In this document: positions 16,290 through 31,714 of the stretch, piece after piece
Layout: the number at the start of each line of letters is the position of its first letter
Position numbering within the stretch: position 1 is the first letter of the stretch
Assembly: GCF_009914755.1 (NCBI RefSeq)
Contig: NC_060927.1
Origin: the human T2T-CHM13v2.0 reference genome, Homo sapiens
Reading direction: 5' to 3' (one strand)
DNA: 64,000 nt
The notes under the pieces: model-generated
What the model was told of the DNA's origin: nothing
What the model saw: only the letters and a program-made list of their open reading frames with translations
Database searches by the model: none
Program-made: the position numbers and the translations under genes

Positions 16290-16454
<165 letters not shown>

Positions 16455-17134
16455 TTACAAACGGAGTCATTTGAAACATTCCCTCCCATCATTCATTTCT
16501 GCGTTAGTTTTTGAAGTTAAAGAGCACTAGAAAAGAAACGTGACAGTATAGAGGTTTTATGCTTATTTGACTTTATCAACTGTAAATTCTGTTTTTAAGA
16601 ATTCTATAACAAATGTGTTTTTAGGACAGAAAGTAAATTTGGGGAACCTTTGATTTAGGCTTGGAAATATAAACCAAGTGGTTTCTTACTAAGTTTAATG
16701 TTTTTAATTGTTCTTCCTAAGTAAACAACAGCCTGATTCACATAATGGAATAAATGGAATATACGAGTCTAAAGGAGCCACTAGACCCCAGTTTTATGTG
16801 GAAACACAAGATGTATTTTCAAATGAGGATCATACTGAGGCAGGCAAATATTCCTCATGAATTTTGTGATTGCTTTCAAAATGAGCTACATTTGTGAATA
16901 AGCATCAGGCCCCCAGTGTATGTTTGTGCTGACAAAAATGTTAATACCCAATTTTGTACAATGTAATTCACTTGTTAGTGCCATAGATGAGTGGGCAGGA
17001 GGTGTGCAAAAGACTTGAAGTTGAGTTTCTCATTGAACATGCTCTCAGAAAGGTGTAGGTGGCATTTCAATAACATCTCTTTCCAGAATAAATTGTGACT
17101 CTCCTTACTTTACAAACTGGTGAAAATATTTTGA

Positions 17135-17347
<213 letters not shown>

Positions 17348-17717
17348 TAAAATTAGCTGGACTTTTAAAATTCAGTGAATCTCTTTAGGATACATCATTG
17401 TAGTAGCAGCGAAAATGAACGCTACCTCAAGTTCATAAAATCAGTCACAGCAGACCCAGAACGTAACTACTTCCTACTTAAGTTTAGTGTCATCAAGACA
17501 GGGTCTGGGCTTCTTTTACCCTTGAATTCTTACCCCATAACCTATTGTCTGGTTCCTGTAATGAGATCAAGGAGAGGGCATAAGAAGAAAGAACACAGGC
17601 TTCTCAAATCCTAGCTCAGCTCCCTCTCCCAGCTATGTGAACAGCTGGGTAACTTAACCTCTAGGAAACATGGTTTTGTATCTGCTAAATGGGAATGGGG
17701 ACATTTTCCTTGTGGGG

Positions 17718-18088
17718 TACTATGGTTTGGATGTCCCCTCCAAAACTCATGTTGAAATTTAATTGCCATTGTGATGGATTTAAGAAGAGGGACCTTTAAG
17801 AAGTGAGTGGGTCACGACAGCCCTGTCCTAATAAATGGATTAATGTTATTATTGTGGGAATGAGCTCCCAATAAAAGGATGAGTTCAGCCAAATTCTCTG
17901 TGTGTGTGTGTCATACGGTCACTTGCTGTTCTACTTACTGCCATGGGATAATGCAGCACAGAGGCCCTTGCAGATGTTGGCACCATGCTCTTGGACTTCC
18001 TGACCTCCAGAATCAGCCAAATAAACTTCTATCAATAAATTACCCAGTCTGTGGTATTCTATTACAGTAGCAGAAAATGGAGGAAGAC
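17718..18088 (+). mobile_element. MaLR solo LTR (MST family)
   Basis: ctatggtttggatgtcccctccaaaactcatgttgaaa start; aataaattacccagtctgtggtattct...gaagaca end. Confidence 0.82.
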
Positions 18089-18239
18089 ACAGGGTTCTTG
18101 GAAAGATTAAAGGTAATAGTTAAAGAACAGCTATCACAGTGGTCTCCCGAGAAATGAAAGTGTTTGTTATGGTGGGAGCTCAATAATGATAGGTAAGACT
18201 TGGAATGGTGGGAGATGAGGCAAGAGCATCATAGTGTGG

Positions 18240-18327
18240 CCTAGAACTGTCCAGGATGATAGCCACTAGCCACATGTGGTTGCTTAAATTTAAAGTAATT
18301 AAAATTAAATAGTATTTTAAAAGTCAG
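18240..18327. mobile_element. MER3/MER33 terminal fragment
   Basis: ctgtccaggatgatagccactagccacatgtggttgcttaaatttaaa...aattaaaattaaa. Confidence 0.65.
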
Positions 18328-18510
18328 AGCTGGGACAGTGGCTCACACCTGTAATCTCAGCACTTTGGGAGATTGATGCAGGAGGATTGCTTGATGCCAG
18401 GAGTTCAAGACTAGCCTGGGAAACACAGTGAGACCCTGTCTCTACAAAAAGTAGGAAAAAATTAGTCCCAGTTACTCAAGACGGTGAGGTAAGAGGATCC
18501 CTTGAGCCCA
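18328..18510 (+). mobile_element. AluJ-like, 3'-truncated with no A tail
   Basis: Left arm plus part of right arm, stopping at cttgagccca where the inverted copy begins. Confidence 0.85.
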
Positions 18511-18751
18511 TCAACCTACTGGGGTAAGGCAAAAGGAAGAGGAAAGAACTGAGGTAAAAAATAGTGTTCTATTCCTTAACAAATATTGGCTTTTTGACTA
18601 AAACGAGATAGTGTTTATGAGGAAAAGACCAAAACACATGACCAGATGGAGAAAACCACACTAGGCTGCTCCCAGTCAGCTCTGGCTGGTAGGGCCTGCT
18701 AGGTTGCCTCCACCCCCACACTGCTGTTTGGTCAGGATTTAGTCTTGGTTT
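18507..18751 (-). repeat. Inverted copy of 11073-11316
   Basis: About 94% identity by hand count; ccca shared with the truncated Alu end. Confidence 0.95.
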
Positions 18752-18798
18752 TTTTCCAGGTGGATCTCTGTCTTAGTTGGTTTGTACTGCTACAGTAG

Positions 18799-19314
18799 TG
18801 CCAAGACCAGCTCGGTCGGGGAGACCCTAACCCAGTAGCGCTAGAGGAATTAAACACACACACACACACAGAAATATAGAGGTGTGAAGTGGGAAATCAG
18901 GGGTCTCACAGCCTTCAGAGCTGAGAGCCCCGAACAGAGATTTACCCACATATTTATTAACAGAAAGGGAGTCATTAGCATTGCTTCTATAGATATTAAA
19001 TTAACTAAAAGTATCCCTTATGGGAAAGGAAGGGATGGGCCAAATTAAAGGAATAGGTTGGGCTAGTTAACTGCAGCAGGAGCATGTTCTTAAGGCACAG
19101 ATTGCTCATGCTATTGTTTGTGGCTTAAGAATGCCTTTAAGTGGTTTTCCCCCCTGGGCAGGCCAGGTGTTCCTTGCCCTCATTCTGATAAACCCACAAT
19201 CTTCCAGCGTGGGCTTTATGGCCATCATGAACATGTCACAGTGTTGCAGAGATTTTGTTTATGGCCAGTTTGGGGGCCAGTTTATGGCCAGATTTTGGGG
19301 GCTTGTTCCCAACA
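18799..19314 (-). mobile_element. MER9 (HERV-K9/HML-3) solo LTR
   Basis: tgccaagaccagctcggtcggggagaccctaaccc...gcttgttcccaaca; 6-bp TSD cagtag / caatag. Confidence 0.88.
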
Positions 19315-19460
19315 CAATAGAATACTTGAGACTGGTATTTTAACAGTTTTATGCAGCAGAAATGTATTTCCTCATAGTTCTGAAGGCTGGGAAGTCCAAT
19401 ATCAAGGTGCCGGCCTCTGGCAAGGGCCTTCTTGCTGCATCATCCTACGGTAGAAGGTGA

Positions 19461-19871
<411 letters not shown>

Positions 19872-20477
19872 TGATAGCAACATCAATTTATTCATGAGAG
19901 CAGAGCCCTCATGACCTAATCACCTCTGAAATGTCCCACCTCTTAACATTGTTGCATTAGGGATTAAGTTTCCAACACATGAACTTTGGGGGACACATTC
20001 AGACCATAGCAATCTCTTTTTATTGGATAGCTATTTTCAAATTGGCCTTAAAACAGAAAACATTGCTATTAGCATTCTATTTCTGTGGTTTATTTCAAAA
20101 TACAAATTTTTGGAATAAACTTTATAAAGTTAACTGACTTTAGAAATATACTTTGTAAAGCATATTTAACCAAAATAACTCAGGTAAATGAACATTTAGG
20201 AATAGTATTTGAGCAGAGCATTACTAAACGTAGCTGGAGTGTTTAAGTCTTTTGTTCTTAACAAGCACTGTCCACCAAATGTTCAGTTCTGTTGCAAAAA
20301 GAATCTGCTGTTGCTTTCACAAAACAAAAGTATTTTCAGCTGCAAATATGAACATAAAGACCTCTACTTGGCAGAACATTAATTTCACCTTTTGAAAAAC
20401 ATTTTCTTAAAACTCTTTTTTAAAAAGTTTTATTCCATGGATGTAGTTTTAGAGGGTTTTGTTGTTGTGGGGGTTTT

Positions 20478-23400
20478 TAAATTAATATATCATAGTTGTA
20501 CATACTTTACATGTGATATTTGATACATGTATACAGTGTGTCATGATCAAATCAGGGTAATTGGGATATCCATCACCTCAAACATTTATCTTTCTTTGTG
20601 TTCGAAATAATTACATTTCTTCTAGCTATTTTGAAACATACAATAAATTATTGTTAACTATAATTTCCCTACTGTATTATCAAATGCTAGAACGTATTCC
20701 TTTTATGTAACTGTGTTTTTGTACCCATGAACCATTGTCTTTTTATCCCCCGCTCTCTCCCCTTCCTTTCCCAGCCCCAGCAGCCACCATTCTACACTCT
20801 ACATCCATGAGATCCACTTTTTTAAGCTCTCACATATGAGTGAGAACATTTGGTATTGGTAATTTCTATGCCTGGCTTATGTCACATGGTAACCTCCAGT
20901 TCCATTCATTTTATTGTTTTTTATGGCTGAATAATATTCCATAGTGTGTATATACCACATTTTTTAAATCCATTAATCCACTGATGGTCACTTGGGTTGA
21001 TTGATATCTTGGCTATTGTGAATAGTGCCACAATAAGCATAGAAGTGCAGATATCTCTTCGGTAATCCTGATTTCAATTCCTTTGGATATATACCCAGCA
21101 GTGGGATTGCTGAATCATGTGGTAGTTTTATTTTTAATTTTACAAGGAACCACCTTACTGTTTTTCATACAGTGTATGAGGGTTCCCCTTTCTCCATATT
21201 CTCACCAGCATCTGTTACTCCATCTTTTAATAGAAGCCATTTTAACTGAGTGAAATTATGTTTCGTTGTGGTTTTGATTTGCACTTCCCTGATGATTAAT
21301 GATGTTAAACATTTTTTTTCATATACCTTTTAGCCATTTGTATGTCTTCTTTTGAGAAATGTCTATATAGGTGTTTTGCCTGTTTTCTAATTGGAGTATT
21401 TGGATTTTTGTTTGTTTTTTGCTATTGAGTTGTTTGGATTCCTTATATATTCTGGTTATTAATCCCTTGTCAGATGAATAATTTGCGAATATTTTTTCCC
21501 CTTCTGTAGGCTATCTCTTTACTCTGTTCATTGTTTCCTTTGCTGTGCAGAAGCTTTTTTGCTTGATGTAATCCCATTTGTCTGTTTTTGCTTTTATTGC
21601 TTGTGCTTTTATGGTCTTACCCAAAAAAAAAATTTGTCCAAGCCAATGTCCTGTAGCATTTCCCTAATGTTTTATTCTACTAGTTTCATAGTTTTCGGTC
21701 TTACATTTAAGTCTTTAATCTATTTTGAGTTTTTTTTTTATATGGTGAAAAATGGGGATTTAGTTTCATTCCTCTGTATATGGATATCCAGTTTTCCCAG
21801 CAACATTTATTAAAGAGACTGTCTTTTCCCCAATGTATGTTTTTAGAAACTTTGTCAAAAATGAGTTGACTGTAAGTGCATGGATTTATATCTGGGTTCT
21901 CTGTTTCATTTCATTGGTCTGTTTGTCTCCTTTTATGGCAGTACCATGCTTTTTGGGTTACAATAGTTTTTTAGTATAATTTGAAATCAGGTAGTGTGAT
22001 GCTTTCAGCTTTGTTCTGTTTTTGCTCAGGATTGCTTTGGCTATTCAGGGTCTTTTGTGGTTCCATACAGATTTTAGGGGTTTTTTTCTATTTCTGTAAA
22101 TAATGTCATTGATATTCTGATAGGGATTGCTTTGAATCTGTAGATCACTTTGTGTAGTATGTGCATTTTAACAATATTCTTCCAATCCACGAACATAGTA
22201 TATTTTTGCATTTTTTGTTTGTCCTTTTCAATTACTATCATCAATGTTTTATAGTTTTCCTTAGAGATCTTTAACCTTGCTTAAATTTACTCCTAGGTAT
22301 TTTATTTGTAACTCTTATAAATGGGATTACTTGATTTCTTTTTCAGATTGATCATTGTTAACATATAGAAATGCTGCTGATTTCTGTGTGTTGATTTTGT
22401 ATCCTGCAACTTTACTAAATTCATTTATCAAGTCTAAGTTTTTTGGTTGGAACCTTTAGGTTTTTCTAAATATAAAATCATGTTGTCTGCAAACAAGAAT
22501 AATTTGACTTCTTCCTTTCCATTTTAGTTGCCAGTTATTTCTTTCTCTTGCCTAATTGCCCTGGTTAGGACTTCCAGTACTATGTTGAATAAAAGTGGTG
22601 AAAGTGGTAATCCTTGTCTTGTTCCAGATCTTAGTGGAAAGGCTTTCAATTTTTTCCCATTCAGTGTGGTATTAGCTATAGGCTTGTCATATATGGCCTT
22701 TATCATGTTGAGGTGTGTTCCTACTATACCCGATTTGTTGAGGTATTTTTTTTTTTATCATGAAGGATGTTGAATTTTATTGAATGCTTTTTTAGCATCT
22801 ATGGAAATCATGTGTTTTGGTCCTTGATTTTGTCGTATGACATGATATTTATTGATTTCTATATGTTGAACCATCCTTGCATCCCTGGGATGAATCCCTG
22901 TTGATCATGGTGAATGATCTTTTTAATGTGTTGTTGAATTCTGTTTACTACTATTTTGTTGAGGATTTTTGCATCTCTGTTTATTAGGGATATTGGCCTA
23001 TAGTTTTCTTTTTTGTTATGTCTTTGTCTGGTTTGGATATCAGGGTAATGCTGGCTTTATAGAATGAATTTGGAAGAATTCCCTCTTTCTAGAAGAGTTT
23101 GAGAAGAATGGGTATTAGTTTTCTTTAAATGGTAGAATTCAGCAGTGAATCCATCAGGTCCTGATCTTTTCTTTGATGGAGGACTTTATATTACTGCTTT
23201 GAACTCATGACTTGTTCTATTCAGGTTTTCAATTACTTCATGGTTCGATCTTGCTAGGTTGTGTGTGTGTCCAGGAATTCATCCATTTCTTCTAGGTTTT
23301 CCCATTTGTTGATGTATAGTTGTTCATAATAGTCTCTAATGATCCTTTGTATTTCTGTGGTAAAAGTTTTAATGTTTCTTTTTCTGTCTGTGATTTTATT

Positions 23401-23604
23401 TATTTGGCTCTTTTCTTCTTAGTCTAGGTAAAAGTTTGTTGATTTTGTGTGAATTTTCAAAAACCAAGTTTTTTATTTTATTGGCCTTTTTCTTTCTTTT
23501 CTTTCTTTTTAGTCTCAATTTCATTTATTTCTACTCTGATCTTTATTATTTCGTTCCTTCTACTAATTTTGGGTTTGGTTTGTTCTTGCTTTTCTAGTTC
23601 CTTG
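20478..23604 (-). mobile_element. L1MA-type LINE, 3' UTR plus ORF2 RT region, 5'-truncated
   Basis: Minus-strand ORF2 peptide [56 protein letters not shown]; L1MA-like 3' end. Confidence 0.92.
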
Positions 23605-25887
23605 TGCATTTTTTATCTGGAGTTGCTTATCTGGAGTCCTGTTGATCTCTCTTCAAAGTTCTTTTTCCTGTATGGTACTTGTTGATTATCAGTCTTGTGC
23701 TGGTATTTAGCCTTGGATGGTGGATATAGTTATTAATGGTTTATTATGCTTGGACATTCTAGGGAATGAGGGCGAGTCCCCTAATTTATGAGTCTGTCTT
23801 TAGCTGTCTACATGAATTTAGTAGCAGCTGGTGATGGTGCTAATTTACCCACTTGGTAAAGCTAAGTTTGCAGCATGGCCTTGGCTTCAGGAAGCATACT
23901 CAAAGAATTGCTACACACTGGCACCTCTTCCACTGTACCTCCTTGTGGCTTTGGAATGTTGTGACAGTAACAAACGGTAGCCTTGTGGGCTACCCCTGGA
24001 CTCAGTCCAAATTCAGGCCCATTCTTGATGGAATGGAGCAAGATTGATTTTGAGAGCTAGATACTTTATAAGACCTATGTGATGTTGCTTAGTTAAGCAT
24101 GCTTTGTCAAGAAAGAAGCTAATAGACCTTGAAAAAAATCAGTACCCTAAAATATATATTTTACTAGCCTTCTGGAACCTGAAGCTGACAGTATATTCAG
24201 AAAAGGTCTTTGATAGTTTAAAAAAGAAAGAAAGAAAAGAAAAGCAGAGCTTGAGGGGAGAGAGGCGGGGAAAACAATGGAGAGTAGCCAAGGGCCAGAG
24301 GAGTGATATGCTGGCCAAGAGACAAAAGCATGCTGATGGTGGGTGTGATCTAGAAGGGACAGGCACCCTGTGTGAAGGGCGAGGCAGGGAGGCAAGGCAA
24401 GGAGGATCTGAGGGAAGAGGAGGAATGGTAATGATGAGATGAGAGGCGTGAGGGTTTGGAACAGTAGGGCTGGCTGGGGCAGCAAGCACCACAGCTGCTG
24501 TGTCACAGATAGGAAAGCTGATAAACACAAAATTAGGAGAATACTGCCCACATGATCCCCAAGGGAGCCCAAAGTCACCTACACCTCCAAGAGCCTAATG
24601 GCAAAGAAGAGTAGAGAGGAGACAAAAATGCCTGCTCCCACTGATCACTGTGCAGATTTGACCCTTTATGAACATGGCTCCTTTGTGTTTGTTGTGTTAT
24701 GAGGTGCATTTTTAAAATGCTTCCTAAATGCTTCCCACAGATCACTCAAGCAAAAAAATATTAGTCCTAATGTTTAACCCTTTAATAAGTGGGGAAACTA
24801 ACTACCTTCTTTGGAATGTCCAATTCCGTGATATTCCCAGATAACTATTGTGAGGGAAGCAGTGGGTAAAATCGACCCAGAGCTCAGTGTGTTTGCAGGT
24901 GTTTTAATGATTTCAGTGTTAATTTAAGGTTCATTTCAATACAGGCTTGACTTTATTTTACAAATAAGGCTAGTTAACTACAAAGGAACATGGAATTGGC
25001 TTCAGTAGGTGGTAGACAGCATAAATGCCAACCAGGGAAATGAATAGAGTCAGTGAAGTTGCCCAGAAATTATATCCTATTCATAAGACTGTGCTTGCTT
25101 AAAAATCAGCATGTTCATCCAAGTAAATGTTCAAAATATGGAAATCCAGGATTGCTGGATGAGGGAAGCTATTGATAGAGACAGTTGTCCAAGAGAGGAG
25201 ACCTGAGCAAAGGGATTTAGGAAGCAACTCCAGGGCTTCAAGGGGTTGCAGGTGCTGTGCTCCCTGAGCCTCAGGGCCCTGGATTTTGACGACTCCAAAT
25301 TTAACCACTTTTGGAAAGTCTGAGCCTGAATCTGCAACTCTGTGGCTGAGGTGGATTGGAGTTCTGGAAAGAAATCATGTGGATTCTCACAGATGATGCA
25401 TCTTTTGAGACACTATTTCTTTTGGTGTTTTCCCCCTTCCCCCCAAGTCTTTCATTAGGGGGATAAATTGCCTTTGTGTTTTGCTTTTTTTTTTTTTTTG
25501 TCTTTCATTCAATGCTTGGGTTTTATTATGATGTGCAAACCTCTTAGGAGCACACCTTCCTCATTGTATTTTGTAATCTAGAGCCTGAGAGATGCCAGGC
25601 CATGTGGGAAATGTAGATAAGAAAATACAGTCCTATTTGTTCTTGCAATCTGCAGTACCAAGTATTCACTTCTTCCAAATCCTCTGAGGTTTGCCGGGGA
25701 CAAGAGACAGAGGTGGAGGGATATACGGTGCTCTTTTTCTACCTTTCTTTTATGTTTCATACAGTTTTAGTTGTGCATGGGTTGTCTGGAGTGGGGAGAT
25801 GCCTCTTGAATGAACTGTCTACATTACTAAGCAGTACTTGGTCCTTTCTTTCTACCTGTTATTTTAAGTGGAACCCTTCCAGAACCT

Positions 25888-26650
25888 GTGTACACTGTGG
25901 GTAGAAATGTAAATTGCTATAGCCATTATGGAAAACAGTATGGAGGTTCCTCAGAAAATGAAAAATGGAACTACCATATGATCCAGCAATCCCACTTCTG
26001 GGAGTATATCCAAAGGAACTGAAATCAGTGTGTTGGAGGGATATCTGTACACCCATGTTAACTGCAGTACTATTCACAGTAGCCAAGATATGGAATCAAC
26101 CTAAGTGTCCATCAACAGACGAATGAATAAAGAAAATGTGGAGTATATACACAATGGAATAGTATTCAGCTTCAAAAAACAATAAAATTCTGTCATTTGG
26201 GAATGACAGGGATGAATCTAGAAGACAGTGTGCTAAATGAAATAATCCAGGCACAGAAAGGCAAAAATCATGTGATCTCACTTACATGTGGAATCCTAAA
26301 AAACATTGAATTCATAGAAGTAGAGAGTAGAATGATGGTTACCAGAGGCTGGAGGGGTAGGGGTGGAGCAAGGGAATGGGAAGTTACTGTCAGGAGTACA
26401 AAGTTTCAGCTAGACTGCAGGAATACATTTTGAGATCTACTGCACAGGAGGGTGACTCTAGTCAGTCATAATGTTTTGTATATTTCGAGATAACTGAAAG
26501 AGTAAATTTATCACCACAAAAAATGTTAAGTAAGTGAGGTGATGGGTATTTTAATTGCTTAATTATTCTACATTGTGTACATATATCAAAATATCACACT
26601 GTATTCTATAAATACAGTTATGATTTGTCAATTAATAATTGTTTTAAAAG
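25888..26650 (+). mobile_element. L1MA-type 3' end
   Basis: gaactaccatatgatccagcaatcccacttctggg...caacctaagtgtccatcaacagacgaatg... Confidence 0.9.
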
Positions 26651-26659
26651 AAATAATTA

Positions 26660-26951
26660 AGACTGGGTGTGGTGACTCACGCCTGTAATCCCAGCACTTT
26701 GGGAGGCTGAAGCAGGCAGATCACCTGAGGTCAGGAGTTCGAGACCAGCCTGGCCAACACGGTGAAACCCTGTCTCTACTAAAAATACAAAAATTAGCTG
26801 GGCGTGGTGGTGGGCGCCTAGAGTCCCCGCTACTCGGGAGGCTGAGGCAGGAGAATCACTTGAACCCAGGAGGCAGAGGTTGCAGTGAGCTGAGATTGTG
26901 CCACTGCACCCCTGCCTGGGTGACAGAGTGAGACCCTGTCTCAAAAAAAAG
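26660..26951 (+). mobile_element. AluS
   Basis: Full dimer, TSD aagaaataattaa. Confidence 0.93.
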
Positions 26952-27007
26952 AAGAAATAATTAAGTGGTACCCTTCTCTCCAACCCCCTAATACAGGCAG
27001 GGATAAT

Positions 27008-27185
27008 AGATAAGGAAATGGACCTTTGGTTCATTAAAGTTTTTAGATCTAAGGTACTTTTGTCCCATATTTTGTCTCTATGTGCTTATTAAGTCAAGGC
27101 TTTTGGGAACCCTATCTTAGAAGGGAAACAAATGCATGTCTTTCCCACCCAACTCTAGACTTCACATACTTAAATTTTCCAATGG
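27008..27185 (+). repeat. Two blocks (27008-27037 and 27133-27185) that recur joined together at 29644-29732
   Basis: 27/30 and 51/53 identity by hand count. Confidence 0.9.
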
Positions 27186-27282
27186 GGGTACTGCTTCTAT
27201 ATGTAAAATTGCAGCCCACAAATTACAACCCACAGATAGGTTAGCCTCCCCTCACCCCTACTTTTTATGTAACTTTTAGACA

Positions 27283-27722
27283 TGTCTCTGGATCAGTCAG
27301 GGTCCCAGCAGGAAAGAGAGAGCACACCCGAAAGGAGTCATTGAAGACAATTTGATGAAGGACTATTTGTGTGGAGTTCAGGGAAACTCAGAAGGGACGG
27401 CAATGCGTTTGACCCTGGCAGCAGAAGGATGCCTTTGCTGCCTGTAGGCTGCAGGGGCAACGTCAGGGGGCAGTTAATAGAACCTGGGAGAGCAGTAGCT
27501 TTAGCAGCACGGGAGACCTGCCCAACAGAGGTGATGACCTTCACTAGAGGCACATGACCCCTGCTAGCCCATGGCCAGGAAGCAGCCAGTGTGCCTGTCA
27601 TTGGTTGAACCCAACCGGAAGATAAGGGTCCAAGGGAATGCAGGTCGCAGAGGTCAACTTCTTGGGCCACAGATCAGGGCAGGAAGAGGGTCTGGAGGGG
27701 CAAATGGGTAATAGTGAACACA
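27283..27722 (-). mobile_element. ERVL LTR (LTR33-like)
   Basis: cagggtcccagcaggaaa...ggtctggagggggcaaatgg...aacaca resembles recalled reverse LTR33. Confidence 0.6.
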
Positions 27723-27756
27723 ATCTCTTATTAGAATTGCTTATTAAAAATTTTAC

Positions 27757-28053
<297 letters not shown>

Positions 28054-28770
28054 TTACAAAAAATGTGTATGAAGTCAGGATATTTTAAGTCCCCAACACA
28101 CCCCTCTGTACTCATTCCCTTCTTTGTACCAAGTGGTACCTGAATGTCATAAAGGCGTGAATGTAGATGGCAGAGTTATTTATTTTAAATGAAGATAGAC
28201 ACTAACTAGAACTCTATGAGATAATGAATCTTCATAATAGTTAAGACTACATGTTTTATGTGCTCTATCAGCTGAATGAATCCATGGAGACAGAGCTCAG
28301 AAGAGCTACCATTGTGGGGGCAGGTATTGATTGGTAGAAGGCACAACAGAGTTTTCTAGGGTGCTGGAAATGTGCTTTATCTTGAAATGAGTGATGGTTA
28401 CATGAGTATGTAACTGTAAAAATGTATCGAGTTGTACACTGAAGATTTATTTCCCTAAAATAATCCTATTCTGTCAAATTTTAAATAGGTACCATTTTTT
28501 CTTCTTTTATTCTGCTTGCTAAAATTTTCCATCCTATAAGTTCATCCTTTCATATAAGATACCAAAGTTGAGTTAGACACATCCTTAAAGGCTTCCTTCC
28601 CAAGCCTATTGTAATAAGATGGAAGCACAGAGGAAATTAATGTGTTCTTTGTACAACTTGCAAGTGGTTTCTTTACCAAGCAGTACTCCACGGAGCAGAG
28701 TCATTGCATTTGCAGGCCCTCTCCCATGTAAGAAACCTGAGGATGGTCTCATAAAATGAGTACTCACCTA

Positions 28771-29087
<317 letters not shown>

Positions 29088-29093
29088 TCATGA

Positions 29094-29273
<180 letters not shown>

Positions 29274-29643
29274 TAATGCCTTACATGCTGGCAGGCAACA
29301 CCAAAGGCTTCTGGGTATGAGAGAGCCTCACTGTTGGGGTTGAGCTCTAGGAAGGGCTGGGAGCCATGGATGTACAGACAGGAAGCAGCTGAGCCTCATC
29401 ACTCACTTAGCTGGTGATGGGCTGGTATCTTCAACTGTAAGTCAAGTATAGCACCTAGAGGTCATTGTAGGCCATTGTTTGCTGACGTTTCAACTTACTG
29501 CCACAGAGGTCAAAAATCATCCATAATTATATCAGTGATAAAGCTTTAAAAAAGAGAGAGGGGGGCCTTTAAAAAAAGAGAGAGAAAAGTGTCTTCAACT
29601 GTGTAGTTCTGATGAGACCTCCAGAAAGATAGAATGAAATCTC

Positions 29644-29732
29644 AGATAAGTAAATGGACTTTTGGTTTATTAACTTTGGTGCATGTCTTTCCCACCCAAC
29701 TCTAGACTTCACATGCTTAAATTTTTCAATGG
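29644..29732 (+). repeat. Direct, internally deleted copy of 27008-27185
   Basis: tgcatgtctttcccacccaactctagacttcacat (35 nt) is identical at 27133 and 29680. Confidence 0.9.
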
Positions 29733-31099
29733 AGGTCCAGAAGAGATTATCTAAAAGAATTGAAGAGATGGCCGGCCTCCATGAGAGAAGGCCAAGTGAA
29801 AATGAACTAAGCCAGGCGCTAAAGCTTGATAAACTGGTTCTTGGGCCTTAGTTTTCTCATCAATACAATGAGCAGGTTGGACCAAGCAGTCTTTAAGGTG
29901 CCTTCTAGCTCTTTCCGTGTTCAGAGATTCAAGGCAAAACCAATCATTGAAAGCAGGGGCTTGCTTATTAAGTCACCAAGAGCCTGGACAAAAAATCGGT
30001 TCTGTAGGTACTGGAACCACTCTGTGCAATTTGCCCTTTGAGCTTACCAAGTTTCAAGGTGCTGGAGTTGAGGGGTCACTCCCTGAAACTCCAGAGAGAA
30101 ATGGTTAAAGCAAATTAGGGACATTCACATGGCAATTTGGTGACCTTTGTATTCTTATGCATGCATGAGACTGGACATAAGTAGGGTCTGAAAAGGTAAG
30201 GGCATCATGAAGGACTACTTATGGCATGTCATGTTGTTCTTCCCCTGTGGTAGTCACCATAAGAAGTATAGTTGTCCCCTTCCATGGTGGCCTGTGAGTT
30301 GATTTGTGAGTATCAACTGAAATGGACTCTGGGTTAGATCCAATACTGTTGTTCTTACATACAAAGAAAGCACAAGGTTCTCAATATCCCATGGTCACTA
30401 CAAAACTTTGTGAATTAGAATTGTAGGACGCCAACTCACAATACCAATGCCATACAGAAATATGACCTCTAGTTTCCTCACATAAAAGACATGTCTTAAA
30501 TGAGGTTGTTTTTCCATTTTCATTTATTCTGAATGCAGCAGAGAATAGCATATGGATTTGGAGAGGTGCTCATTAGAACTTGTTAACATGGTGCCTTGCT
30601 CCTTTTAAGCACAGCAATATTGGAGACTGAATGTGAAGAACAAAGCTGAGGATGTTGCATTCTCTAACACCCCAAGCAGTGGGAGCCCCTGTCTGCTGAC
30701 AGTTGGGGTCCACTACATTACTGGGAAGGATGCTTGGTTACCTCTTGGACCTGTCAGATGATTCTGTTATAGGCATTGTTGGAAAGTCCACCTAATTAGC
30801 TCTTTTGTTTTGACCTCTGCCTCTAGTTGAAAATGTAATAACCTAACTGAGGAGCATTATTCTTTAAATTGTCAGCTGTGAATTTTCAACTGTTCAGTGG
30901 AAATGGTTAGTTACCATGGTGACTCACCTGGTTCTTGCTGAACTCCTGTGCAGATGTATTGAAAAAACTGTCTTTTGAAGTCAGCACTTGGTTTACTCTG
31001 AAAATCTGGAGAAGAGGGAGAGTAAGACTCCATGAAGCCTAACAGAGAACAATGCTATGGGTCTGAGAACAGAACAGAGACACAGACATGAGGGGGCTG

Positions 31100-31635
31100 T
31101 GCAGTACTGGAAAACATTGGCATTATGACTCAGCCAAGGGTATATAGTTGAGACCCCCAAAAAGGCCATGTATTAGAGTAGGGATGACACCCTAAGACTA
31201 ATGACAAAATCAAAATAGACTCATTTTAATAAAAAATAAAATAAGCCTGAGTGGTTCAAAAGGAACTTACAGAACAAAACTCAACATCTTTAAAGGGAGA
31301 CAATGTAATCCAGACTCCCAACGTTGTATCTGCAATGTCCAACATATAATTAAAAATTACTAGACTTGAAAAGAAGCAGGAAATTATGGCCTAAAATCAA
31401 GGGGGAAAAAAAGGCATTCCAATAGAAATAGATCCTGAGATGACCCAGATGTTGGAATTAGTAAATAAAGCCAAAGACATCTATTATATAAATGGTCTGG
31501 GACTTAAAGGAAAACATGGTCATAATGAATGAACAGATGAGGAATCTCAGGAGAGAGTAGAAACTTTTTTTTTTTAAATGAACCAGTTAGAAATCTAGAA
31601 TATAAAAGTTTAATATCTGAAATGAAAAATCCACT
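31100..31635 (+). mobile_element. Old L1 5' UTR / ORF1-start fragment
   Basis: aaaattactagacttgaaaagaagcaggaaa...gagatgacccagatgttggaattag...aaatctagaatataaaagtttaatatctgaaatgaaaaat. Confidence 0.7.
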
Positions 31636-31714
31636 CTTTGGGGCTACAGATGGATAAGTAAGGGTTAGGTAGACATGAAACTTCAGGGAAGCTCCCCCCT
31701 CACACACCTATGTA

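Noticed and set aside
29545-29586. Short tandem tttaaaaaagagagag duplication, and similar short arrays near 32280 and 52765
   Set aside because: Ordinary slippage repeats; no spacer structure or CRISPR-like organisation.
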